In this document: piece by piece, positions 7,938 to 16,652 of the stretch
Numbering within the stretch: the stretch's first letter is position 1
Layout of the letters: each line of letters begins with the position of its first letter
IMG/VR virus record: IMGVR_UViG_3300025167_000046
Location: 1-28,912 of that record
DNA: 28,912 bases
DNA from: a virus
Taxonomy: Duplodnaviria; Caudoviricetes
Strand: one strand, 5' to 3'
Program-made: the position numbers and the translations under genes
The notes under the pieces: model-generated
Told to the model about the DNA's origin: nothing
Database searches by the model: none
Seen by the model: the letters and a program-made list of their open reading frames with translations, nothing else

Positions 7938-8617
7938 TATTTTCCAACTCCTGTGAGTGCTAATGTTTTTAATCCACCAACAACAGCTTCCTCTTTAAAT
8001 GTCGCCACACTCGCCCATAGTTGATCTCCACTGTCTGTTGTACTAAATGTGGTTTCTACAGTACCAGCAGAAATTATGTTTTTTTCTGCTATACTCATTC
8101 CTGCGATTACACCATTATCTCCAGGTTGAAATGCTATCTCTGCAAAACCATTACTCCATGCTCTGCCTGTGAATACGTTGTTAGCGGTATCTGCTGCCAT
8201 TACAGCTACTCCTAGTTCTGGTGTTCCAGCGATTGCTGCTGTTGTACCGCTAGTCTGTGAAGTAACCGCACTTGAACCAGAGTTGGCTTCTGCCTTCGCA
8301 TCTTCTGGTATTGAAGAAAGTCCTGTATACACACCAACCCAAGAACATGCTTCATGAGATGTTACCCAACTCCATACCACAGTTGTCTCAGTCCCATCAG
8401 AAACTTTATATGCTAACCCTCCTGATACATCAGTTGCTACATGATTATTAAGAAGTGTAAAACCACTGGGGGTAGTAAGTGTTCCAGAATTCTTGTCGAT
8501 TGCAACCGCAGTTACAATCAAACTACCTGCTGCTGGTGCTGTGATAGTCCTAGATATTGAGGTGCTTGGATTATTACTATTATTCCCTGAAACATTTTGT
8601 GTTCTAACCCATGCCAT
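7937..8617 (-). CDS. Putative virion beta-strand-rich protein
   Basis: S/T/G/A-rich, MAWVRTQ start, AAGSLIVTAV and TTPSGFTL motifs typical of phage surface proteins. Confidence 0.55.
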   Translation of the reverse strand: MAWVRTQNVSGNNSNNPSTSISRTITAPAAGSLIVTAVAIDKNSGTLTTPSGFTLLNNHVATDVSGGLAYKVSDGTETTVVWSWVTSHEACSWVGVYTGLSSIPEDAKAEANSGSSAVTSQTSGTTAAIAGTPELGVAVMAADTANNVFTGRAWSNGFAEIAFQPGDNGVIAGMSIAEKNIISAGTVETTFSTTDSGDQLWASVATFKEEAVVGGLKTLALTGVGK

Positions 8618-8627
8618 GCTGAATCTC

Positions 8628-9629
8628 CTATGGTGCTATATAGTATTCTGTAATATTAATATATCCTGTAGCTGCTCCTATATCTGCAACTAAAGCAGTA
8701 TTAGCTGTTAATTTCCATCCTCTTGAACCAAAATCAAATAATGATCCACCACCATCAGCAGCAGCATTAATAGTCCAGCGAATTGTGCCAGCAGCACCAT
8801 CCCTCAAAGAAATAACACTTTCTGTTGCTGCACTATTATGAACACTTCCTTTACAAATATAAAGACTAAGACTTGCACCTGGAGCAGCAATTACTGATAA
8901 TCCAGCAGCACCGCCATTAGCTGTAACAGGAGCCTCTGGTGAAGGATGTCCTGTTAAAACAACCAATCTTCCAAAAAGATCAGCCCAAAGATGTGTTGCA
9001 TCTGCATCAGCGACAGCAGTTGGTTCATTAGCATTTGCTCTAACTCCTATTAATACTGGATTGCCAGCAGCAGCAGCGTCATGCGCTACATCTCCCTGGA
9101 CTTCAATCTTATTTGCTGTCTCAGCAGCTATCTGAACATTCTGTGTATCTGCTGGTTTTGTACGAGTAGATAATGCTACGTCAAGATTATCGGTTTTAGC
9201 TTTAATAAGAGCTAAAGTAGTTTCTGTACTAGCGTCTGTTGGAAGCGGTAAACTCAAAACATCTACATCACCAATATTATTTGTTCCTGCTGGAAGTGAA
9301 GCATCGAAGGCAGCTATATCAACCTTCCCATTATCACGAAGCGCACGATCAGTAACATCAACACCAGCACTTGCACTTACATGCAGTCTACCAGCAGAAT
9401 CTACTTCTAATTCTGTTCTATCTCCATCAGTATCAACTAAAGAAACAGCAGTATCTTTACGAACAACCCCTGCCATTGTAATTTTTTCAGCAGCAACAGA
9501 AGCAGTATCTTCATCATATTGTACTCCACTACCACCCCCACCCACAATATTCACATCCTGTGTACCGGAAGGAATATTCCTTACAACTTCTCCACTATCA
9601 TTAGCTTGAGGGGCACTTTGTCTACGCAC
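8628..9629 (-). CDS. Putative virion structural protein
   Basis: GTG start with AAGGAG RBS; A/G/D/T-rich, LPAGTNNIGDVDVLS motif. Confidence 0.55.
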   Translation of the reverse strand: MRRQSAPQANDSGEVVRNIPSGTQDVNIVGGGGSGVQYDEDTASVAAEKITMAGVVRKDTAVSLVDTDGDRTELEVDSAGRLHVSASAGVDVTDRALRDNGKVDIAAFDASLPAGTNNIGDVDVLSLPLPTDASTETTLALIKAKTDNLDVALSTRTKPADTQNVQIAAETANKIEVQGDVAHDAAAAGNPVLIGVRANANEPTAVADADATHLWADLFGRLVVLTGHPSPEAPVTANGGAAGLSVIAAPGASLSLYICKGSVHNSAATESVISLRDGAAGTIRWTINAAADGGGSLFDFGSRGWKLTANTALVADIGAATGYINITEYYIAP

Positions 9630-9641
9630 TTATTCCACTCC

Positions 9642-9920
9642 TTATCCACCAAAATAAATTACAAGTCCTGTTGGGAATGTACCAGATTCAAGATTAGCGT
9701 ATATACCACTAGCTGCTACACCTTTATTAAAAAATACAGTAGATTCTCCACCAGCACCAGTAGCTTCTATATGCGCCAGAATACTACCAGAAACACTCCC
9801 GCTTCTAAGAGTAATATAAAAGGCAATATTTTTTCTTACCGAATATCCCCAAAGACTTCCTACCGTAGAAACTTGTGCATCATCAGCAGTTACATTTTTA
9901 GCTAACACCATTATTTTCAA
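9642..9920 (-). CDS. Hypothetical small beta protein
   Basis: In-operon ORF; true start probably ATG 9911 after AAGGAG. Confidence 0.55.
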   Translation of the reverse strand: MKIMVLAKNVTADDAQVSTVGSLWGYSVRKNIAFYITLRSGSVSGSILAHIEATGAGGESTVFFNKGVAASGIYANLESGTFPTGLVIYFGG

Positions 9921-10518
9921 TCTCCTTCGGTATCACTATATCAATAACTTCTCCATCAACTTGTTTCATATTTCTTTCCATATTCACATCTTTAACTAAC
10001 TCTAATAATTCCTTAGTAAGTTGTTCTTCCTCTGGACTTTTATCTTGCTTAACTTTCAACTCTGTGATAAACCCGAATATTTTCTCTCCTACAGCTTTCC
10101 AATAATTGAATCTGTCAGGGTCATTCGAGTTCATCCTACGGAGTCCAATCGCAACCCACTCACCACGATATTGTTCTATCCCCTTATTAAAACTTTTATT
10201 CCACCATGTTGTAAAATCTGGATTCCTAATCCATATATACCAATCATTCCTATTCAGTTCAGCAGCTTTAAACCATCCTCTTATCGAATCACCATGTTCT
10301 AAACTGAGGGCCACAGCAAGTATTTTCAGTTGTGCTAAAGAAGGCTGAAACCCTGGAAGTAACTCCTTGAATGATTCAGCACTCAATTGATCTACAGGAG
10401 TAGGAGGGATATCATCATCAAACAGTTTCATCAACTGAGTATTTTTCTTTGCACGTCTAGTGGCCAAACTTTTTTCTTGGGCCTTCTTATTAGTTTCAGG
10501 ATCGTTAAACCCACCCAT
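9898..10518 (-). CDS. Putative terminase small subunit
   Basis: Basic N-terminus, HTH-like segment (AAELNRNDWYIWIRNPDF), C-terminal VDGEVID; upstream of terL. Confidence 0.55.
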   Translation of the reverse strand: MGGFNDPETNKKAQEKSLATRRAKKNTQLMKLFDDDIPPTPVDQLSAESFKELLPGFQPSLAQLKILAVALSLEHGDSIRGWFKAAELNRNDWYIWIRNPDFTTWWNKSFNKGIEQYRGEWVAIGLRRMNSNDPDRFNYWKAVGEKIFGFITELKVKQDKSPEEEQLTKELLELVKDVNMERNMKQVDGEVIDIVIPKEIENNGVS

Positions 10519-10979
10519 TATTTCCTCTTTAGAATATTTTTTACATGAACCCTTTTAATATAAAACCGAAAATCAAGTTTACAATACTGCACCGAAAGGT
10601 TTACAATCTTATTTATTTGCCATTTCTTAGCTTTTTTCACAAACATAAATTCCAGAGATAATACTTCATTCTCATGAAGTTGAGGGAATAGAGTATGAAA
10701 TAACTCATGTATTAAAACCCCTGGGAGTTCTGCCAAGCGAAGTCTTGGATCAATTTTAATAATATCTTCTCTGTGGGGGCCTTCCTCTTCCCAATTCGTA
10801 CCACAAATCCCCCCCAGTTTTTCAATCAGGATAATAGGTTTGGATTTAATTACTTTAATCAATTCATTAAACAATTGTAATATAGTAAAATCTTTTTTTA
10901 TTTTAGTAATTAATATTCTTGATTCAAAAGATTTAATTATTTCGTATGGGACATCAAATAATATCCTATGCACAACCAA
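10518..10979 (-). CDS. HExxH zinc metallopeptidase-like protein
   Basis: IIKIDPRL...VLIHELFHTLFP...E motif. Confidence 0.6.
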   Translation of the reverse strand: MVVHRILFDVPYEIIKSFESRILITKIKKDFTILQLFNELIKVIKSKPIILIEKLGGICGTNWEEEGPHREDIIKIDPRLRLAELPGVLIHELFHTLFPQLHENEVLSLEFMFVKKAKKWQINKIVNLSVQYCKLDFRFYIKRVHVKNILKRK

Positions 10980-11286
10980 CTCCTGCCAATGAATATTAAT
11001 ATTTATAAATGAATTTAATTAATGTAAGAATTCCTGTAAATAAATATAATACAGGAAAGAATAATATAATCAATACAATATATAATAATAAATCCACCAA
11101 ATCAAAAGTATAAATATTATTATATATATAAGTGAGTTTTTTGTTTATTTTATTATTAAAATAAGTTATAGTCTTTAATATTATATTCATTGTTATTATT
11201 ATAGGAGGTTTTATATATTATATTATTATAATATATAATTCAGATTTAATGAAGATGATGAAGGTATGATTGAAGTGTATACTATA

Positions 11287-11320
11287 ATTATATCATATTG
11301 AAAGTGCCAAAGTCAAGTTT
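11287..11320 (-). promoter_or_regulatory. Sigma70-type promoter for the structural arm (18-bp spacer class)
   Basis: AAAC-TTGACT-TTGGCACTTTCAATATGA-TATAAT. Confidence 0.7.
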
Positions 11321-11466
11321 ATTGACCAAAAAAGGAGGGTTATTGAAAATATATTCTACCACAACCCTGTGGGATAGGGTTCTATGCAAAAGTATGCGAA
11401 AATTCAGTCCCCATCTGACCACCCTTCCCCCTGGCCTGGGGTGGGGTGGCTTGGGTAAGGGCAAAG

Positions 11467-11564
11467 TTATACACAGGTTATCCACAGGATATCAACAGGT
11501 TTATTCACAGGATATCCACAAGATAATCACAGGATAATCACAGCATATCAACAGGATATCAACA
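11467..11564 (+). repeat. Tandem array of nine DnaA-box-like 9-mers, 11-bp period
   Basis: TTATACACA, TTATCCACA, ATATCAACA, TTATTCACA, ATATCCACA, ATAATCACA x2, ATATCAACA x2. Confidence 0.8.
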
Positions 11565-11807
11565 GCTATACTATACTATATATAGTATGTAACATATTAT
11601 AGCAAGCCCTATATATTGTATATAGCATTATGTTATACATTATACTATGCTATAGTAATATGCTATAGTGTACAATAATGTACACTTGTCCTATCAAGTC
11701 TTATTGTGTCAATTATTGTCATGATATTGTGGAATTGGTTACATATTTACATAGTGTGTCATTTATTGTACAGTAATTAAATCATATATTTATGCAAATA
11801 ATAGGCA

Positions 11808-11823
11808 TGGCATAGCTATTGCA
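11808..11823 (+). promoter_or_regulatory. Sigma54 (-24/-12) promoter
   Basis: TGGCATAGCTATTGCA = GG-N10-GC; IHF-like AATCATATATTTA at 11780-11792 and palindromic sites upstream. Confidence 0.65.
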
Positions 11824-11873
11824 TATTAAACCTATTAAATGACACTAACCATAAACAATAGGAGTAAATAAAA

Positions 11874-12005
11874 ATGCACCTAACACAACAAGAATTCGAC
11901 TATATATGTATTCTGAGTCTAAACAAGAATATTACGTTGGATAGTGCATTAGAAATTTACCTAAAAGAAGTACACGATATTGAATGTCCTAAAAATCGGA
12001 ATTGA
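11874..12005 (+). CDS. First early microprotein (43 aa)
   Basis: ATAGGAG RBS; MHLTQQEFDYICILSLNK... Confidence 0.6.
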   Translation: MHLTQQEFDYICILSLNKNITLDSALEIYLKEVHDIECPKNRN

Positions 12006-12011
12006 AATTGC

Positions 12012-12040
12012 TTGACAAATTTAAAACCTTGTGATAGGAT
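12012..12040 (+). promoter_or_regulatory. Sigma70 early promoter
   Basis: TTGACA-17 bp-TAGGAT with TG extension. Confidence 0.65.
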
Positions 12041-12060
12041 AAACTAAATAGGAGAATAAA

Positions 12061-12255
12061 ATGACGAGAAAAGACTACATAAAATTGGCAAACGTAATTG
12101 CTGAAAGTATTCTGGATGTCAAAAATGAAACAGAATTGGATGGAGTCTCATCAGTTTACGATAAATTAATCAATACACTTGCTCAGGATAACACAAGATT
12201 TAGTGAAGATAAGTTTAGAGAGTATGTTAGGAAACAAATAGAAAAAGGTATATAA
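12061..12255 (+). CDS. Hypothetical early protein
   Basis: MTRKDYIKLANVI...DNTRFSEDKF, a pattern common in phage early small proteins; strong RBS. Confidence 0.75.
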   Translation: MTRKDYIKLANVIAESILDVKNETELDGVSSVYDKLINTLAQDNTRFSEDKFREYVRKQIEKGI

Positions 12256-12272
12256 CAAGAGAGTATAAAAAA

Positions 12273-12425
12273 ATGAAAGCCCTAATTTGTGATAGGTGCG
12301 GAAAAGATTTTAAAATAACTAACATAACATATTCTGATAGTGATTTATTTTGCCTAGAATGTATAGATTTAATTGAAAGTTTTGATAGTGAAATTGCAGC
12401 TAACTTACACGAGAGAGGTATATAA
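12273..12425 (+). CDS. Zn-ribbon microprotein (50 aa)
   Basis: CDRC...CLEC; TAATG-coupled to next gene. Confidence 0.65.
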   Translation: MKALICDRCGKDFKITNITYSDSDLFCLECIDLIESFDSEIAANLHERGI

Positions 12426-13102
12426 TGAAGTTATTAAACATTGACAAGAATTATAAAACCGTTAAGGGCCAAAAACAGGGGTATATGACAGCAATCCTGT
12501 ATTTATCGCCAAGTAACACTAGTGGGCATAATGTATGCCCATACGCTAGTCCTGGGTGTGTTTCTACTTGCTTGAATACTGCTGGCAGGGGTCAATTTAA
12601 CAGTATTCAGAATGCTAGAAAAAGAAAAACTGAATACTTCTTTAACGATAGAGAAAGTTTTATATCTCAGTTGAAAAGAGAGATTAAAAACTTTGAGAAG
12701 TATGCTAGAAAAAAAGGTTTTATTCCTGTGGTAAGATTAAATGGAACGTCAGATTTAAATTGGACGATCTTTAACATATTCGAGCAATTCCACAATATCC
12801 AATTCTATGATTATACAAAAAGCCTGAGTATGATGATAAAATTTCTATCAGGCTTGTTACCTAAAAATTACCATCTTACCTTTTCAAGATCAGAATTAAA
12901 TGATATCCAATGTCTTGAAGTATTATCTTGTGGTGGAAGTGTAGCAGTATTGTTTGAAAGTATGCCTAATAAATGGCATGGATATACTGTGGTTAGTGGC
13001 GATGATAACGATTTAAGGTTTTTAGATAGTCCATCTAGTGTGATAGGATTAAAACCCAAAGGTAAAGCTAAAAAAGATATTAGTGGTTTTGTGGTACGAT
13101 AA
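12425..13102 (+). CDS. Gp88-like Cys-cluster protein
   Basis: LYLSPS..GHNVCPYASPGCVSTCLNTAGRG, VVRLNGTSD, QFYDYTK, DDNDLRFLD, GLKPKG. Confidence 0.75.
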   Translation: MKLLNIDKNYKTVKGQKQGYMTAILYLSPSNTSGHNVCPYASPGCVSTCLNTAGRGQFNSIQNARKRKTEYFFNDRESFISQLKREIKNFEKYARKKGFIPVVRLNGTSDLNWTIFNIFEQFHNIQFYDYTKSLSMMIKFLSGLLPKNYHLTFSRSELNDIQCLEVLSCGGSVAVLFESMPNKWHGYTVVSGDDNDLRFLDSPSSVIGLKPKGKAKKDISGFVVR

Positions 13103-13133
13103 GATAACAATATAATGATAGGAGTTAAACATC

Positions 13134-13313
13134 ATGAAATGCAAGTGTATAAACTGCAAAAAATTAAAAGAAATGCAAGATAGTTATATCTTGCTATGTT
13201 TGGATTGCCAAAAAGAGATCGCAGAATTGATCGATGAAGAGAAAAAATACGGGAATGTTTGGGACTATTATCAATATCTAGAAGATACTGGGTACGGTAA
13301 ACTTTCCAAGTAA
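13134..13313 (+). CDS. Zn-ribbon microprotein (59 aa)
   Basis: ATAGGAG RBS; CINC...CLDC. Confidence 0.65.
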   Translation: MKCKCINCKKLKEMQDSYILLCLDCQKEIAELIDEEKKYGNVWDYYQYLEDTGYGKLSK

Positions 13314-13347
13314 GATAACATAACAATATAACATAGGAGTAAATACC

Positions 13348-13551
13348 ATGATGGGAATATACGGTTTTAAAACAAAAAAAGAATTGAAGCAAGCAATCGG
13401 GAAGGAACCTAGTTTTATTGAAACAAGTATGTTTGGAGCGGAATATAAAGGGGATGGAAAGTATTGTGTAGTCGGGCCATGCCCATTTACAAAAAGATCG
13501 TGGTACGCTACAATAACAGTTAAAAACGGTTTAATCGACAAGGTAAGCTAA
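13348..13551 (+). CDS. Hypothetical early protein
   Basis: ATAGGAG RBS, 67 aa. Confidence 0.7.
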   Translation: MMGIYGFKTKKELKQAIGKEPSFIETSMFGAEYKGDGKYCVVGPCPFTKRSWYATITVKNGLIDKVS

Positions 13552-13967
13552 TGAAACATATCAAACAAAAACCTAATCAATGTTGGTTAGCTGCGGTATG
13601 TATGGTGGAAAGTCTTAACTATAAACATTGGTCAAGATACTATCCTACACAACAGAATAAATATAAAACCATAGCCATCAGCAATTGGCAACATCAACTG
13701 ATATCTTCCCTTGCAGTATGGTATGACACTAAGAGATTTATAAATAGGCAGAGTATACTTCCGTCCGATGATAATTGTCCGATTGATCTCTCAGGCAAGG
13801 GAATAATAATAGTGGGTGATATGTACGGGAACCACGCTATAGCATTTGAAGATGGATTGATATACAATCCGAACGCAGACAAGCCTTGTACTTGGGATGA
13901 ATTTATGAAACATTCTAAACAGAATAATCGAAGATGGATTATCAAAGATATCCAGAGAAAACCATAG
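13551..13967 (+). CDS. C39-like cysteine peptidase
   Basis: HIKQKPNQCWLAAVCM (Q...C), GNHAIAF (H), IYNPN. Confidence 0.6.
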   Translation: MKHIKQKPNQCWLAAVCMVESLNYKHWSRYYPTQQNKYKTIAISNWQHQLISSLAVWYDTKRFINRQSILPSDDNCPIDLSGKGIIIVGDMYGNHAIAFEDGLIYNPNADKPCTWDEFMKHSKQNNRRWIIKDIQRKP

Positions 13968-13975
13968 GGGATTGA

Positions 13976-14164
13976 ATGCGATACCGTGATCTTGAAAAAT
14001 TGCTTGTCAATCGTGGTTGTGAAATTAGATATTGCAAAGGTTCGCATGTCATGGTTAAGTATCAATCCTTGACATTCACCTTGACAAGACATAACTCTCA
14101 TGATATAATTCAAGAGAAGGAATTAAACAGACTAGTCAGAGCTAATCTGATAGAAAGAGGATAA
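13976..14164 (+). CDS. HicA-family mRNA interferase toxin
   Basis: RDLEKLLVNRGC..RYCKGSHVMVK...TRHNSHDI; 62 aa, GSH motif. Confidence 0.7.
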   Translation: MRYRDLEKLLVNRGCEIRYCKGSHVMVKYQSLTFTLTRHNSHDIIQEKELNRLVRANLIERG

Positions 14165-14165
14165 A

Positions 14166-14480
14166 ATGTACAAGGAAGTAGGTTTAAAAGTATTTAACAA
14201 AAAAACTGGGGAAGAGTGCAGAGTATTTCAAGGAATAGCAAGGGAAAGATGGAGCAAGCCAGGGGATTTTCTATTAGAACATACTATAAATGATTATAGT
14301 ATGGGCAAAGGGAAAGATAATAGAACATGGTCATTCTTGTGTGATAGCAGTTTTTTCACAAGAGTAATAGACTTTCTCGATTGGGAATTAAAATGTCCCT
14401 ATTGTGGGACGTGGTACACTTTCGAGTATTTTAAACACCTATCACAATTATGTGATATATGCCTGAAAGGAAGGGATTAA
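14166..14480 (+). CDS. Hypothetical protein with C-terminal Zn-ribbon
   Basis: CPYC...CDIC. Confidence 0.7.
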   Translation: MYKEVGLKVFNKKTGEECRVFQGIARERWSKPGDFLLEHTINDYSMGKGKDNRTWSFLCDSSFFTRVIDFLDWELKCPYCGTWYTFEYFKHLSQLCDICLKGRD

Positions 14481-14570
14481 TGAAACTAACAGATTTCCAA
14501 AATCTATCGAGAAAAGAAGCGTTCAAGTTGATCGAAAGTAAGATCAAGTTATCTGATAAGATCACTCCGC

Positions 14571-14599
14571 TTGACAGATTGTCAAGGATAGTGTATAAT
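14571..14599 (+). promoter_or_regulatory. Consensus sigma70 promoter with inverted repeat over -35
   Basis: TTGACA-17 bp-TATAAT; CTTGACA-GAT-TGTCAAG. Confidence 0.75.
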
Positions 14600-14642
14600 A
14601 AGATGGTAACAGAAAGTCAATCTCTAAGGAAAGGATAAAACA

Positions 14643-14831
14643 ATGGCAAAAGTAAATGCAAAATACACAGTCGAATTTAACTACACTGAATTGAAATTTC
14701 TTGTACAGCTATTGGGGAATTTAAGCAAAAAAGAAGCGGATGACTTTGCAGGGGCGGAATTTAATCCAGGTGGTACGTCAAGTGATTTGTACAGAGATTT
14801 GACTGCCTATGTTGAATGGAGTGAGTCTTAA
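14643..14831 (+). CDS. Hypothetical protein
   Basis: AAGGA RBS, 62 aa. Confidence 0.7.
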   Translation: MAKVNAKYTVEFNYTELKFLVQLLGNLSKKEADDFAGAEFNPGGTSSDLYRDLTAYVEWSES

Positions 14832-15007
14832 TGAAATTCACGCACGTTGAGTTATTCAGACTTAAACAGGCACAAGAGATATTGACAAGGGTATTAAAAC
14901 AAGCGTATCTCCCCTCAATTACTGAGAGAGAATTGATCGAGGCACTAAAAAGTTTATCATTATTGCTCGATAGTATCAAAGTAAAACAAGACACAATGAG
15001 GAAATAA

Positions 15008-15145
15008 ATGAAAGAGAAATGTACAGGTTGTCATAACATGGTCAAACCTATAGAATATCATTTCTCAGAACTGACAGTAAGGCTTCAATGCCCAGTTTGT
15101 TTTGTGATATGGTATAAAGAGAGGATAAAACAGAATGAGAAATAA
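15008..15145 (+). CDS. Zn-ribbon microprotein (45 aa)
   Basis: CTGC...CPVC; GAGGA RBS. Confidence 0.6.
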   Translation: MKEKCTGCHNMVKPIEYHFSELTVRLQCPVCFVIWYKERIKQNEK

Positions 15146-15539
15146 AACTTTGCTTTTCGTATGCAAGAAATGTAATGAATCAGTTTTTAGGGCAGGAGTG
15201 AAGGTGAATACTGATTTAAAACTTTGTGGGTATTGTAATTCACTAAAGAAGGGGAAGGTAGTCAGTCAGGATAGTCCCGTAAAGGCCACCAAGTTGCCCT
15301 CAGTTGAGAAGAAAGACTTGAATAAGGATAATATAACGGTGGACGATGTATTTAAGACTCCGAACCCATCAACAGCAATACCAGAAACAGGGAATAAAAC
15401 ACAGGATATAGTAGAAAGGATCAGTCAATACCACAGTCTATTGAGCAGAGTTATTGAGTTACTTCTTGAGTTAAAACCGGATCACGATGAAACCTTCTTG
15501 ACACTGTGGATTAAAGCAAAGCAGGATTTAAATGGGTAA
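15135..15539 (+). CDS. Hypothetical protein with N-terminal Zn-ribbon
   Basis: CKKC...CGYC. Confidence 0.7.
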   Translation: MRNKTLLFVCKKCNESVFRAGVKVNTDLKLCGYCNSLKKGKVVSQDSPVKATKLPSVEKKDLNKDNITVDDVFKTPNPSTAIPETGNKTQDIVERISQYHSLLSRVIELLLELKPDHDETFLTLWIKAKQDLNG

Positions 15540-15686
15540 GAGAAAAAACAACAGACAAAAGATGGAGACCTACAGGGACATCTTGACAAAGATAGTAAAA
15601 GATGCTAACATAAAACCTATGGAGACTTTGAAGCGGATCGGAGAGGATAGGTCTCTTATCAAAACGGAATGGGAAAGGAGGATAGA

Positions 15687-15803
15687 ATGAAACCATGTCG
15701 GTTGTGTAGTGGAGCATTAAATTTTTTAGGGCAACTCGGAAAACTATTATGGTTCAGGTGTGAAAACTGTGGAATGATGTTTTCCAGAAAGGATAAAAAG
15801 TGA
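15687..15803 (+). CDS. Zn-ribbon microprotein (38 aa)
   Basis: AGGAGG RBS; CRLC...CENC. Confidence 0.65.
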   Translation: MKPCRLCSGALNFLGQLGKLLWFRCENCGMMFSRKDKK

Positions 15804-16090
15804 TATACAAAATCTTCATACCACAAAAATTAAACGATGGTGAGCCAGTCAATAAAGAATGGGTAGTGAGTGAGATATTTCATCTATCGGATGGGTTCAC
15901 GGTGTATGATGGAGAAGGATATTTTAGAACAAAGGATAAAGTTTTTATCGAGCCGGTATGGGTTTTTGAAATAGCAAGCGATAGATTATTGTCTCAAGAG
16001 ATTGAGGTATTGTTACTTTATTTCAAATCTGCATTGTGCCAAGAGAGTGTGTTTTATATTAATCAGGATGGGACTGGGATATTAGTATGA
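15800..16090 (+). CDS. DUF3574-like (PII/ferredoxin-like fold) protein
   Basis: DGFTVYDGEGYF...E...QESV pattern. Confidence 0.55.
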   Translation: MIYKIFIPQKLNDGEPVNKEWVVSEIFHLSDGFTVYDGEGYFRTKDKVFIEPVWVFEIASDRLLSQEIEVLLLYFKSALCQESVFYINQDGTGILV

Positions 16091-16140
16091 GACACCACAA
16101 AAGACATTACAAATATTTCTTGTGGGATTTAAAAGTTTTC

Positions 16141-16169
16141 TTGACAGGATTGGCGATAGGTATTATAAT
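16141..16169 (+). promoter_or_regulatory. Consensus sigma70 promoter
   Basis: TTGACA-17 bp-TATAAT, 12 nt before ATG 16182. Confidence 0.7.
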
Positions 16170-16181
16170 AATGGTAATGAC

Positions 16182-16652
16182 ATGAGAAAACCAATCAAAG
16201 GGCTGTATAAAACTCCAAGATATATAGGTGGGGAGTGCGAAGGGTACGTTTACAGAATAGGTAAAAATTTAATCGAGAAAAGATGGTTCGGTAATGTTTT
16301 CGGGGATTATACCGTAGAATCTATAGTTGATAGAATAAGGATAACAGAAAAAATAGCAAAGAAAAAAATACCTGTAAAGCTGAGAAAGTATGTAACCACG
16401 CCTGAGTTTGTTGGGTATGAGAAAAGGAGAAATGACGAGATAGTAACATACCACGAATATATAAAACCGGAGCCTGTACCGGAGACAGATAAAATGGATG
16501 ATATTATGGATGAGATAGAAAAAAAATTAGATGGAATATATTTCAGAGATATGCAGTTTAACAGTTGTACAGGGGGGAGACCTTCTAACACAATTTATTC
16601 TAAGGGGAAATTTTACTTGGTGGATGTCGCACCTGAATGGGGGATAAGATGA
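16182..16652 (+). CDS. Minimal protein-kinase-like fold protein
   Basis: Gly loop YIGGECEGYVY, beta3 Lys (IEK), hinge HEYI, catalytic D...N, FYLVD; start reassigned to ATG 16182 (ATGA overlap with 32-aa ORF 16087-16185). Confidence 0.6.
   Translation: MRKPIKGLYKTPRYIGGECEGYVYRIGKNLIEKRWFGNVFGDYTVESIVDRIRITEKIAKKKIPVKLRKYVTTPEFVGYEKRRNDEIVTYHEYIKPEPVPETDKMDDIMDEIEKKLDGIYFRDMQFNSCTGGRPSNTIYSKGKFYLVDVAPEWGIR

Noticed and set aside
515-10348. Plus-strand and alternate-frame ORFs in the structural arm (and minus-strand ORFs in the right arm)
   Set aside because: Shadow ORFs overlapping well-supported genes.
11288-11537. ORFs 11288-11485(-) and 11298-11537(+)
   Set aside because: They overlay the promoter, G-rich island and repeat array; no RBS; best read as non-coding.
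11467-11564. CRISPR array
   Set aside because: 11-bp units with no unique spacers; the Cas4-like nuclease is a common standalone phage exonuclease.
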